Positions 41,301-58,185 of a DNA stretch of 64,000 nucleotides are shown piece by piece. The DNA lies in the NCBI GenBank assembly GCA_043228905.1, contig JBHGNT010000016.1, positions 2,170,001 through 2,234,000 on the forward strand, in the 5' to 3' direction. The position numbers were made by a program, and so were the translations under genes. This stretch comes from Azolla caroliniana. Lineage: Eukaryota > Plantae > Polypodiophyta. The first letter of the stretch is position 1, and every line of letters starts with the position of its first letter. The notes under the pieces were generated by a model that saw nothing but the letters and a program-made list of their open reading frames with translations, was not told where the DNA came from and searched no databases.

Positions 41301-42748
41301 AAGGCCCAAATTACATGTGAAACCAACAAAATTACATACCCATTTGCTTTAATAGCATGACGGGGAAAGGTTCAAAGGGATTTTTTTAAGCTCGGGATGC
41401 ATAGATATTTAAAAGAATATTGAAAATGCCTATTTTTTTGCTAGGAAAAGCAACAGGTCACAAAAAAAATAGACAGGTAGAGTAATAAAGAGGACTTACA
41501 AGAGAAGTGGAATTGTGTGCAAAAGTAAAGGGAAAATCATGCAGAACATTTCCTCTTCTCATTTGCTCCTCAAACCGCAGGCAATCTTGTTTGTGTTCCC
41601 TCCAGTGAAGTCGCTGTAGCAAGACAAAACATGGAACTCTCTAATGTCTTTCTTTTGCATCTAGCGCTTGTTTTTCTTTTTTGTATGTTTTGAGACATTC
41701 TATTTGGAAGCATAAGAAAAGTAGTTTGTGCAAAGATAATAAATGAATGCCTACAACGTTTGTTTTTGCTCCTTTTATTTTCCTTGCATGTTTTAAAATA
41801 TGGAAATTTTCTGATGCTTTTTGCTTTTGTATATTTCAGGACATGGGAATTATCTAATTTTTTTCTTGTTTCTGTTGTTTTCATCTTTTTCTTTCATTTT
41901 TATCGATTGTTTTTTATGCTATTAATATTAAGACATTGAAATTCTCTAATGTTTGTTTCTATTACCACTATGCCTTTCAGCCTGATCTTAGGCCCTGACT
42001 CGCCCTCTGTGGACAAACCTTGTGGAGGAACCCTTGCTTGGGTATCGTGAGGAAGGTGAAACGAGCTATAGAATATGGCTATCTCAGTTTCAAGGTTGTA
42101 TGCAGTTCAGATGTTGTCTTTATAAGGCTAAGCTGCTTGAATCTTGTTAACAAAAAGGCCATATTTCAGCATAACCAGTCATCCATTTGTGATGATAATG
42201 TGCCTTAGGAGGAACCACAAAGGGCTGAAAATCATGATGAGCCCCTGGTAATGTTGCAACAAGATGATGGGCAGCCATTGCATGCACATTTAGGTCATGA
42301 GCAGCCAATGAATAATCCTGAGGATGGACTCATCTTATTGCCTAAAATCAGCAGTACACGGAATCATGTAGACTCATTGAGTGTCTCTCAATGGCACCAC
42401 AACATGCTTGCTTTCTCTTCCTTTTTCTTCCTTTTTTTATAATCTTAATTTGGTTGGATTTTGTGAATGCTGTTCTTCAATCTTTTCTTCCTTCCTTCTT
42501 TTTTCCTTCTTTAGAAGGATGTGATGATGGAAACCAGATTAAAAAATGTGTGTTTTCTGCTGTTGCGGGAAGAAAGAAGAAATAAAGATAAAGAGGCAAT
42601 ATAATAAGGGAGGAATCAAGGCACTGACCTGATGGAGAGAAGAGCAGTAACGAACAGCTCCACAAGCTCCACAACGAATAAGGGGAGGATACGATAAACA
42701 GGGACCTCCACCGACGACATGCTCCCCAGCACAAGAGCGATCTATCAT
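35470..42748 (-). CDS. MYND zinc-finger protein, ZMYND15/MSS51-like, 384 aa
   Basis: 11 phase-consistent exons: 42748-42629, 41613-41500, 40664-40547, 38221-38159, 37329-37232, 36944-36851, 36765-36657, 36571-36418, 36288-36217, 35762-35646, 35565-35470 (1155 nt, open). MYND finger CGACGAVRYCSSLHQRLHWREHKQDC; MSS51-like motifs SWSDYYKWRQLP, PLTLYH, IHYLGPRKEL, FIGP, NAGIAA, TDFCEE, NPFRQP. Confidence 0.88.
37586..38082. repeat. Tandem duplication in ZMYND intron 4; first copy has a ~145-bp insertion
   Basis: cagatctacca.tgtagtgacaatgctaagtttccatttgatgtaaggaatg at ~37586 and ~37905, followed in both by cttcacatac.gtacacattagca.atatcatttactctt. Confidence 0.8.
38500..39550 (+). mobile_element. 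Degenerate RTE-like LINE fragment in ZMYND intron 3
   Basis: Broken RT motifs GQARF*..DHILNLQALIEE..YCCFVNF*KAFDT and IIGVKQGCP..LFSLYIDE; C-terminal HYVCH-like remnant near 39340. Confidence 0.75.
41990..42400 (+). mobile_element. Ty1/copia fragment (post-integrase SH3-like region) in ZMYND intron 1
   Basis: LLGYREEGETSYRIW then frameshift to KVVCSSDVVF, matching the copia FLGY..GYRLW...SRDVVF motif. Confidence 0.65.
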
Positions 42749-45440
42749 TCTCTTCTTCTTCGTCTTCTTCTTCTTCTCCTTCTCTGTAGGAAGCAAATTA
42801 TATATGTATATGCTCGACAAATTACAAGCAGATATGCTTCCTATTATGTAAACACAGGAAACCTTCTTTGCATTATACTGTATAGTAGTATACATATGTA
42901 TGTACATAGTAGTACATACACATAATAAATATGTAGTAGTGTAGTAGGCCTAATAGGCTTCCCTTCCTTTTCTCTTTACAAATTACCTTTTCTCTGTACA
43001 AATTACAAGCATACCCTAGAGCCTATACATATTGATACATACATTATGCTCATATCTTATACATATACATTATGCTCAACATTTACCCGATCTATCGATC
43101 GCGAAAGAATTTAAGCTTCTGTCGTCCCCATTTAAGTTACGGGCTAAAAAGCGGCCCGTATCACGTACTTATGGCACTCACTTCCATTGTATCGTATGTG
43201 TGTAACAAACGCCTTCTCATTTTATGACTATGTGCAATCTCGGCCCCAATAATCTCGCCCCATTTCAGCTCCTGCTCTAACTAAACCCTTCATTTATTAA
43301 GCTTCCACCCTCGAAGCAACAATTAATTCGTGTGGGCCACATGACTGAGACGAAAAATTGATTACTCCATGGGGTTTTGCTTACCTCCCCAAATGCCATT
43401 GAATTTGCGTTTATTCCTCGTGAATGCCCTTTGCTCACCTCCAACAATTGCACGTGTGAACTTGTAAATCTTTTTGTCGATTATATGTGCTATTTGAGCA
43501 ATCATATGGCCATTTCATCCTTCTTTTCTCTCTTTCGCCACAAACCCCTCAATGATTTGTTGTAGATAGAGGAATTCCTCGTATAATAATAAAAAATATC
43601 AATCATCTGCACATAAGCATATTCAAAGAAATTACGAGAATATATAAGTATTTAGAAACATTCAAAAGGCCTGATTGAATTTTGCACCTCTTCACAACAA
43701 TTATGTGTGTTGTTTTTTCTCCTTTTTCCTCTTTTTTTCTCTTTCACCATTCTCAATGAGAACACGTTTTTGTATGCTCCTATTGCCTTGTTTTCATGTA
43801 ATTATTAATATATATTGACGTTTTTTTTCAAAATCCCCAAAATATCCCCCACATTTTCAAAGCATGTATTTGTTAATGGAGTGAAACGTTACTTTATCAT
43901 AATACCATGTGGTTTTCATGTAAGTTCCAGAACACCCGTATTTCCTTTAAACCTTCAAAATTCCCTTGGGAAATTAACACGATATATGCTCTTCAATGCA
44001 ATAAAGAGCATCGTTGAATATGGCATCAACCTAGCCAAAAGACAGTATATGCTATTTAGTACATAAACAATATGGTTGAAAATGGCATCAACTTTGGCTT
44101 TATAGTTTGGTTGGGATTCATGAAGACAAAATGTTGTTCTCTAGATTTTGTTTCACCCCAAGGTCTTCACCCGAAGTAGAGTACAAGGATTTAAGTTATT
44201 CAAAATGAGAAGTAAAATGGCTAAGAAGGCTTACGAGGGAAACTAGGATGCCAAATGAAGGTTGAGCAAGTCAATGAAGATAGGATGTGATAATCAAAGT
44301 TAATGCATTGCTATAGCAAAGAATATGGTGTGTCCCATGGTTAACAAGACATATTGAGATATAGGATCACATCATATAAGAGCTCGTGTTGGATGAGAAC
44401 TTTGAAGGCAATCAATGTGAAGTGCTCTATAAGAGGAGAATTTTATAAGAGGCCCTAGGTAGTGAGTGGATTAATACATTGTTGTGAATTGTCCAAGTAG
44501 GAGACTATCATTTAGGTAGACAATAGACTGAGTTAGGTGATGTGATGTTGAAGGGATCACTAATCAAATGGATGCATGAGACTGTAATGAATGCTCACAA
44601 GAGTTCAAATATGCAACAAGTATGGAACTCTTCATATATAAGATGAAGCTACTTCATAATCAAATTTAATTATGTGATTAGTATGAATAGAGCACTTGAC
44701 GAGGAGTGTTGGGCATGAAAAAGCACCAACAACCATGTACATGTGAATGAATATGAAGAGGTGTGGATTCATCACGACAGATGGGATAACCTTTCATGTT
44801 AATCACCATTGCATCCATTTAGTTGTATATGCACTTACTCACTAAAGAGCATGCAAGACACGTCTCTCTTTGCAATAAACCTTTATGGTAATCACGATAA
44901 GGGCTTTGCATAATATTGCCACAAACAAATTGTGTTAAAGCACAGTCTAGAGTTATGTCCTCACACTTAACTAATTACATGGAAGTAATTCAATGGAACT
45001 AATCATAGGCTTTAATTGTGAGTCCATTACGACATACATTGGTTTATGAGAGGATACATGTGTTACCACAAAAAGGGAGGGACAACCAAATATATGGACA
45101 AGTAGGAGGAGAGACGATGAAAAAAAGGAATAATATCTCATATGTAAAATTTTATAACTAATGGAAGGAGTTTTTTTTTGGAAAAAAAAAGGAATAAGAA
45201 GAAAAGAGAAATTTATGGTTTGGAAAGGGTCATGATTGTCATGATTCATAATAAAGTAACAAACCTATTAGAGTGATAACACTATTAGAATTTCGAGACA
45301 TTAACTTGATATACACTTCAAGAAATATCAACATTCATAATAAGTTTTTGTGGTAATATAGATGTTGGTCAAAGCAATTACTTATTGTTTTATGTTTGTG
45401 ATGTTAAATGCTCACATTAGGAGAGAAGTTATGAACATGT

Positions 45441-46232
45441 TGATGCAAAGATATGACACACATATAATGTTCCTCATACAATTATCACTAAGTTTTGGTA
45501 GAAAATCAGGAAACAACAACACGCTAGGCGAATTACCACGTTCTAATGGCTATTAATACATAGGTCACTACCGGTTCGAGTGTGACAACGTGGGAACCTT
45601 AGCTTTCCTAATTGTGCAACGTGCCCAAATGCACAAAATCAATCCAACACGCTCTATGGAATGACCCAGAGACCTATCAAATATGGTGGGGGGGTTGGCC
45701 GCCAACTACAATTATGCCAAGTGCAAGGCACAATCAAGTGGGGAATTGTATGTTGGTTATCACAACAGGCCCAATTGACAAGTACGAACATTAGTAGGAG
45801 AGGATGACTCTAGTGACAAAAGCACAAGAGATTTCTATTTTCACCATCAACAATATCCACTCAACTCCTATTAATGCCAAAGCTCAAGTTGTGTTGGAAT
45901 TGGTCGGCCCAATAACCTTTTGGATTCTATGGAAACATCGGTGTAGATGAGGCTTCCCCAACCAAACCATACATCAAGCAATATTAATGCAGAAAATATG
46001 GAGTGAAGTTGTAGCCACTCTAAAGAGCCAATACAATGGCCTCATGAGCGGATCCGATAGAGTTGAAAGACAACGATTAGCTTTCATCCAACAATGGTCG
46101 TCTTCGCCTTTTCTCAAGTCAGTGGGCATTCACATAAGATGAAATTATCTCGTCCCTACAGGGATTTGTATATAAAACTCTCATCTGTAAAAATTTATAA
46201 CTAATGGAATGAGTTTTTTTTTGGACAAAAAA
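45441..46232 (+). mobile_element. 5'-truncated degenerate L1-type LINE 3' fragment with TSD
   Basis: zf-RVT remnant (C..SIQHALWND..QIW; ITFWILWKHRC) like the LINE at 3240-3953; poly-A end; perfect 15-bp TSD aagttatgaacatgt at 45426-45440 and 46233-46247. Confidence 0.75.
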
Positions 46233-49200
46233 AAGTTATGAACATGTAGTCAATCAATATTGATTGATGGTTTATTTAAATCATTGATATATTGAATTTT
46301 GCAACAACATTTCATGATAATAAAATAGTTGGCTTGAGTCATTAAATGATGTCTTTATAAAATTCTATCCACCATATATGTATAATCCTTGCATTAACGA
46401 GACACATTATCAATGTATATAGTCCATCATAACCAAAGCAAAACTCAGTTGATTGATAGTTCACATAATTTTCATTTGAAGTTAAAAAACCAAATAGATG
46501 GAGGTGTTCAACATGAAACAAGAAAAAGGTGCACTAAATATTTCCATCATAAAAGTTGTCCTTTAATACTATCCAACTAAGAAAGCGGTAGTATAAAATT
46601 AGTGGTTTCCACTATTGAATGTAGATGGTTTCCATGATGCATGCACAAACTATTACACGAGACTAATTTTAACAATGAAAAATGATATGACAGTGAAAAT
46701 AATAATACTTATTTTCCTATCGCTATAAAATAGAAATTGTGGATTTAAGAAAGATAACATTATACAAGAAATTTGTGATTGTTCATGAGATTGCTTAGAT
46801 ATTGATCAACATTCTTTCCACAAGCTTGAGGAATGACAACAATTCTATAATTACAAAGTAATAAATACCCGTTATATATAATAATGTGAATTTGAAAAAT
46901 AGTGGAACCTTTGCAATAATCGTAACCATGTGCTCTTTCTAAACTTTTTATAATTAAGGTGGTTTGGAGCCAACTTGATATTTTTGACAATTAAGTCCTT
47001 TGGTCATTGCAATAAAATGACGGGGTTATTAGCTTTGCGTGGAACGTGATATAAAATTTATTGATACTCTTATAAGCATGCAATAAAACAAGGAAAAATT
47101 AATGCTCATTTTAGTACAAGTATGGTGGCACATGAAAATAATGATGCGAAGATCATTCATTAAAGGTCATGCACTATCTTTCAATGATGATGTACAAAAA
47201 ACAATCTCCAACAGAGAATGACATTATATGAGTGGGCAATTATTAAGATTCGTACAAAAGCATAACAATCTTGGATACAAGTTTACATATTTTGTTACCT
47301 GACACATTTGAAAGGAAATAGGTTAAGTCATAAGAGTACTAGTGTAATGATTAGACACGTCTCAAAAAGCAACATAATTGCCTTGCCAAAGTGGCCACCT
47401 CCACATATTCCACGAGTTTTATAACATCAAGCTCAAGTTATATGTCAAGTTATTGGGGCTCATAATCAGGGCTAAACATTTGTGAAACCCTTTAATGTGG
47501 AACTATGTGCGAGTTGAGCATCTACCTTATGGGGAAAATTATCCCATTTTTTTATCGAGTTGCTTGAGCTACATGGTTGTATATAAAGCATTCTCATTCT
47601 AAAGAACATGATTTATGTAGTTATATCAAATCCTATGTATAGACTTCGAAGATGACCAAATGATTTGTTATATCACCACGTTTGATAAGTTTCATGAGAA
47701 AAGTAGTGAGAAAAATGTAAACAACTAATGGAAATGCAAACATGTTTCATTCCCATTCGAATACACATTGTATAAACAAGGAAAGTTACAAAAGATCGAT
47801 CGCTCATATTAGCACACACATGAGGACAAAAAACTAACAAATGCACAAAAGAAACAACAACATCAACTTATGACGTGACCACGTGCACGATAGAGACAAT
47901 GGCAACGATGTTGATACCCATTATGACTAAGATAGAAACAAACAATGTTAGGTTGATGCCCACCATAGTGGTAACAAATTACAAAGTTCATGGTTAGACA
48001 AAAGGTGTTGAGAGAAGAGAAAAGAAGTAAATGTATGTTGGGATGAAAAGGAACTTTGTAAAGGTCCCGACCCCCCAAAAAAGAAATTCATTCCTCGACA
48101 AAAGAGCAACCAATTTTGATACCACATTGACGACTTTGTAACTTATTCGCCATAACATGACAATGACTCGCCTCCTAATCATACATTATACAAGTAATCC
48201 ACTTTTGTGCCCTCGTTGATTTATTCCTAAGTTTTCATACATGGGGGTTGTACTTCAATCCCTAATCTTTGGTACGCATGTGTTTGTCATGTTTGGACTA
48301 CCATAATTGTCATGTTGGGATTTCAATTCAAATTGATATACATATCGTCCATTTTACGATGTATGCATGTTGTTTTCCATAAATACATTTAAGAGAATCT
48401 TAAACATTAATCACTTTGGAACTCATGATCAAATCACTTGGAAGAGGCCAATTTGCTTGGTGAAAGGAATATTTAAGTTAGCAAAATCTATGAACTGCCC
48501 ATCACTTACTTGTCATCAACATGTAAATATTATATATTGCTAAATGAGGCATGAACTTCATGTTCATAAGCAAGACAATATGGTGTGTTGAAGCATAAAT
48601 CATTGCCACCATGTACCGTAGTTTAGACTTGGGGATATATAAGATAAACTATCAAGCATTGAGTTTGATTTGAGATGCCAATAACCATATTGTCCAAAAA
48701 TATGGCTTGCAATTTGCCGGAGCTTTTGTCACAAAACAATAGATGGACCTACTCATAATCTTTGATTCAATTGCAAATGTTGAATCCAATTTAATTGCAA
48801 GGGAACCACTCAAAGTAAACATATGTACATCATGTGGTTGTTTTGTACATACTAACAATATGATGTACTGTCGTTATCTATTGTGTTCCTACTACCTAGC
48901 GACAAACTAATTGGGGTGCAACAAATTTTGAAATGAGGGAGAATTTCAACTTCAAGTATAAGAAACATGTGTTTGTTTTTGTAATCATAGCATAAAAAGC
49001 AATCTAATTTACACACATACTTCCTTTTGTTTGTGCATGTGCCATTCAATGCCCCTTGCCATGCTTATTGCCCCTATAATCTACCAACAATTGACTGAAT
49101 CACTGAAATAATTGAATGTATTGCACTTGTAATCATTACAAACATGTAAATAACACAAACATGACCGCCACGTGGGAGAACATACAGTAACCCTTCTTCT

Positions 49201-49689
49201 TTTTGTACTAAATAAACACTAATGTCTTTGATATGTTCATGTTTTTCAACGCATTTCATTATTTTTCATGACCAATATATTAGTTTTTTATTTGTTCCTC
49301 GATCGCCGCTTTGTATCTAGGAGTGTTTCAAAGCTCTTTGCACCTCTAAATGTACTTCAAATACTACTTTATATGACCATCTATTACCATAATCAAGGCT
49401 ATCAACCTTGACTCATAGAACACCTCACCTAATTGAGCATCATTTTGTTTTTTTATAGCGTGTTAATATCTCATCTTCATTCTATGAGCAACCATAAATT
49501 CTTCTATCAAGGGACGAGCTCACTTGATAGACGTGGGAGATTCAACTTAATATTATGTTGATCTTATGGGAGGATTTAATATGGCAATTGTGTGAACATG
49601 TGATGTTCATTCAATCTACTATTCATGTATGTGATTATAATTGATCGTGAAATAAATGGCACTTTAAGGTAAGTTCATTGCAAATGTCA

Positions 49690-50180
49690 ACCCGGAATGT
49701 TGGTCCCAATATAAAGCAAGAATGCCTATTGATCGTATCCAACCTTATCTCATTACCAATATGAGTAGTAATGCTCGTAGAGCCCTTACACTACTTCACA
49801 CTTTATCTCACAAGTTAGGTATTGAAGTTGCATCATGGTATCAAAATGTAACGAATTTGAAGACATGCAAAGTATGCAATGAAGGCATGGTAGAGGATGA
49901 ATGTCACTTACTCTTCACATGCTCGACATATAGTGCAATTTGTTCAAGGTATGATGACATAATAAGAGGGAGTGATAACTTAAGTGCCATACTTAAGACA
50001 CCACGGAGAAGGTTGAGCTCATATGTGTATGCTTTATTCACACATAGAGACTTTGTGCGTCAATGTATGAATACCCCTTCTTAGGAAGGAGACACATATC
50101 GAGAACACATGTATACTCCGGTCGCATAGGTCAAATTTGGCCTCTTTATGGGCGATAAAAATTCTAATTCTTCTTCTTCA
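49690..50180 (+). mobile_element. LINE 3' fragment (ORF2 C-terminus and 3' UTR)
   Basis: LSHKLGIEVASW..CKVCNEGMVEDECHLLFTCSTY is a typical non-LTR ORF2 C-terminal Cys motif; simple-repeat tail attctaattcttcttcttc. Confidence 0.75.
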
Positions 50181-50791
50181 ACTTTGTGTTCGATGAAGGC
50201 AAATATCGGACACCCAGATCACTCACATTTGTTTTCTTCTTAATCGACAAGGAATGATAGAAAAGAAGAAGGGGGTGTGTGATGACTTATGTATGACCTT
50301 TTACTTCACAAGTGAGATGGGAATTGAACTCTGAGAATTTGAAAGCATGAAGTGACTCTTTTGTGTGTGTTAAGGAAGTGCTGGGAAAGCAAAAGAAAAA
50401 GCATATGGGGGAATCTTTAGACTTAGAGAGAGCAAAAAGCAAGAAGCAAAAAAGAAGATAAAAGCAGAGGAGAGGAATGAAGAGAAGAGAAGAGAAAAGG
50501 AAAGACCCCACAATCCTGCCTGGCAATGCTAATGGGATATTTTACTTATCTATTTATTATTGTTGTGCATTACTGATTGATTGATTATTTAGTAGCATTT
50601 GTTTATTTATTTATGTATTTTTATTTTTTAGATTTCTAGACTATACTTATCTTCTTTCCCTTGTTTCTTACAAGCTCTCTTTCTCTCTGTTCCTCCCCTG
50701 TTCCTCTCTGTGTTAAGAACTAAATCAATTCCCCAGAATCTAATCTCCTATCCGATTCTCATTACCAAATCATCATTATTAGGTTGTCATC

Positions 50792-54357
<3,566 letters not shown>

Positions 54358-54943
54358 GAAAAAATATCGATGCAGACAAGGAATAATGTTGTTTCTGGTG
54401 GTGTATATGAATGTTTTGTACCAATCAACTTATTTGTTCATCTATCAAAACAATGTTGTATAATGTCAAGACAATCTTATTCATGGTAAGAAGGTCTCTT
54501 TGTTTTTAGGATTTAGCTTTTCATGCTCTTTATTCAAGCTAGTGCATTGTTTATTGGAAGCGATAAGAGGTAATATTTTCTCATGATGGTGTATATGAAT
54601 GTTTTGTGCCGACCGATGTACCAATCAATCAACTTCTAAAATAAGCCAGCAGCCAAAACAAACATTCACAATACAAAACCTTCTCCCCTCCATTTTTTTT
54701 TTTTGCTTCTTGTTGAAAGTATATCAAAATTTATTTCTCTAATATCCTAATATTCTCACTTCATTGTTTCACTAGATAAATAATAATATGTTATTTAAGA
54801 AAGGTCTATTTTGTAATAGATTTAACACTTGATATAAAAGTAAAAATTTGAAGTCTCCACTCCACACTTAATAGGAATTGCATCTTTCTAGCACTCTAGT
54901 CATATTACATTTACAATATGGCAAATATATACTATCATCATTA

Positions 54944-57900
54944 TCAACATTTTGGCTCATGCTCAGGTTGGTGTGAGAATTCATAATCAAGGTGGACAAA
55001 AGCTCTTTCAATCTCCGGTAAGCATTCAAGCTTATTTTGTAAACTCTCACCTATGTCGTGTGCATCATGTAAAGGCATATTAGATGGCAAAACAATATCC
55101 ACCTCGGTGAAGTAATATCCTCCAAACTTATAAGACTTTATTGTGTCAATGTGTTTAATTGCTTTATGGTGATTCCAACATAAATATGTAATTTTTTGCA
55201 AAAACTCGGGTGGAGCAGTCTCGCCAACTAGAGAAGCCACATTCTCAAGCACGGTTTGAGTCCAATTCCATATTGTGTAGAGTGCTAACTGAAAAAAAAT
55301 ATAACAAAACTAATATGGATTATATCCAAGCTAATATGTCAATATTTCCCTCTATATAAATCTTTCTCTCCATCTTCCTTTAAGATAAATCATTTGATCA
55401 ATTATATTTTGAGAATGGGACGACCTCGTTAATTTGATAAGGAATTGTCTACATGTTAATAACAATAACAATATTATAATAACAGTAAGCTTATGACACG
55501 TGCATTGATCGTGTTTAAGCAAACATCAAATACTCTTGAAGTTGGTTGGCTATGAAGTTCATAGTGGTTATGAAAACAAATGTTTGAATGTTCGGATTAT
55601 ATTTGTGGAATACCTTTGACAACAACACCTCCACAATATCAAGTTGCAATTAGACAACTTTCTTATATTATTCAACAAAAATCCCTTATAAGTCAAGAAA
55701 AATGAAACACCTTTTTGAGCCGTAACAAAACTTGCACTCATGGATCCAAGATAATGACAATCAATTGCCATGAGATTCATTGTTTCTAGATATTTAAGAA
55801 AATAGTCGAAGCTAATGACGCCTTAGGCCTATGTATATCTAATAATGAGAATCATTTGTATCTAAAGTAAAAGAACCATTATTAAGGTCAATTTATAATA
55901 ACGAAGCAATAAATGTGACTTGTGTGATTAGTAACATGCATCATTTCTCAGTCTAGGTTCAAGGAGAGCTACACTTTACAATTTCTTCTAAGAAATTCGT
56001 AAAAGTTTTGATAAGATTAGTAATTAATATGTCAACTCTAAGTGTGTCCTAATACATGATTGATGTCTAATAATATGGAGTTTACGTACAAGGGTTCTCC
56101 TTACATTCACGATCGGTATAAGGAATTAATGAATTTTAAAATTGTTGCTTAAAGGTTCTAAGCAAGTGGTCAAAATAAAACTTGACCTAACTCAATTCAA
56201 CCATCACCTTATCCCTTTGCAATTTTCTTATGTGGTAAGAATTCTCTCTTCAATTATCTTCTCTCATAATCATAGAAATCGGATGTGAACCAAGCCATAA
56301 ATAGGGAAAAATCTAAAATTACCCAAACGATCATAAGTTTTTCTCAAATGCCCTTCGCCCACCCTTAAAATGGAATTATATACATAGTATGATATTAAAG
56401 TGATTACATGATCAAATTGTATTAGTTATGCATATGTGATATGCAAGTGATTGTATGTCAATTAATTCTCTTGTTTCTCTACATGCAGAATTGACCATGG
56501 AGATTTGAGGGAATGAGGGGATTGAGAAATAGACAAAAAGTCAATGTATTTGACACTCTTTCCTTCATAAAAATCAAACAGGGTATCAATTAATGATGTG
56601 AATACCACCGTATGAAAAATAGGTTAATTGTATAAAAAAATTAGCTTGATAAGCCTTAATTAGTAGAACACATCATAAGCATTAGTTGGCACATACCAAT
56701 ATGGCTCCGGTTGGATCAATCCACCAAAAGAACCTTTCAGCTAAGATGGTTGTTACTAAGCCAATGGAGTTTGTGATGACATCGAAGAAATGATCTTTAG
56801 CATAGGCTTGCACAATTTCGTTTTTCAATGTTTTGCACAATAGCACTAAGATGATTTTATGAAGATGGCGAAGACCATCACCCCAATCACCCAGAATTTG
56901 TTTTGTCCTTCTAAATCTATGTGACTACTCTGCTCTCAAAAGAACAAGATGGAATTGAAATTTTGATATGAAAGGTTAATAATGATGAAATTCAACCAAC
57001 CTTTAGTTACCTTAGAGATTAGTTGTCGTATTGATTCAATTAGTATTTGCATCCCCAGTGTCGCCATTATTGATGCAAAGACTAGTATACCCTAGAGCAT
57101 AAAAAAGGAAACGTCACATTTTTTTTTCCCAAAAAAACACTACTTCCCATTAGTTAGCAAAAGAAGTACATCAAAGATCAGCCATAATCAAAACAGCATA
57201 ATCCCCACCCTACTATTTACAACAAAAGTATTAACAAACGTCACATATTAACAAACATCACGGTAACAAGATATGAAGTTTTATGTATTCCTTGTGTTTT
57301 GAAATTAAAGACAAACTAATATAAAACCTTTAAAACACTTGGTGTACCACTTTCTCCAAATATTTTAGGAAGTGCATGCCTTAGTTCTATCTCAATCATA
57401 TCATCAAAATACTTTATTGAATATGATTAGTTCCAAGTCCCAGAATTTGAGAAAAAAAAACGTGATACAAAAGAAACATAGAATGGATTACCACAGGTTG
57501 CATTCGATTCTTGTCAATAGGATAATGTTATGGGTTTGGACGCCTCATCTTATAAGATGTATACCATAAAATGAAGCCCGAAAGTAGGTCTAATAAAGAG
57601 TCTAATGTTGACGCTATTATTGCCAAAGAGACACTTTTTATTGAAACAAAAATCTTCATAGCCAACAAAACCATATTTGCGTAATTTGAAATACGGATTG
57701 CAAACAATTCTCTTTTGCTTGTATCGTCCTTTGGTAATTGTTTGACGGCCTATGTTATCACACAAATTCATTCTTGATAGTAATTAGTGAGAAGCATCTT
57801 AAAAGCTCTTGTTGTTATTATTACTATTATTTAAAATATAACATTTTGAACCTACTTGAGGACTTGTTTCATGCATCCCATCCAAGCCAATCATTTCTTG

Positions 57901-58185
57901 AAAAATCTCATTTTGCTTATTGTAGTAGTTGATAATCTTTGTGTTTTTACCTATATTTTCACTATTTTAGTTTAATAACTACAAAGTCATGGAGCCATAA
58001 TAAGGGGAAGTTGGTTTACCTTGGCAAATGGGGTTCAAGCAGTAAGACCCCATGACAAGATCTATTGAATCACGTGCATTTGTTTGTGACCCATCACCAA
58101 CAAGAAATTCAGATGCTCGAATCCTCCTGTCTTTACTTTGTTCGCCAGAATAATGTTCACATTTTTGTTTGTCGCTAACATCCAT
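54944..58185 (-). pseudogene. MTP: Metal tolerance protein (Mn-CDF, MTP9/10/11-type) unprocessed pseudogene
   Basis: Exons 58185-58020, 57950-57856, 57749-57492, 57091-57011, 56929-56697, 55288-54944. Mn-CDF motifs [51 protein letters not shown]. In-frame TAA at 57530-57528 (PNP*HYPI); exon 5 is 233 nt because of a 1-nt loss in an A run near 56865-56868. Confidence 0.85.

Noticed and set aside
46300-49660. Short Cys-containing ORFs (48652-49259) and similar debris at 58300-61300
   Set aside because: Fragmented by stops with no motif I can assign; likely old TE remnants needing an HMM search.
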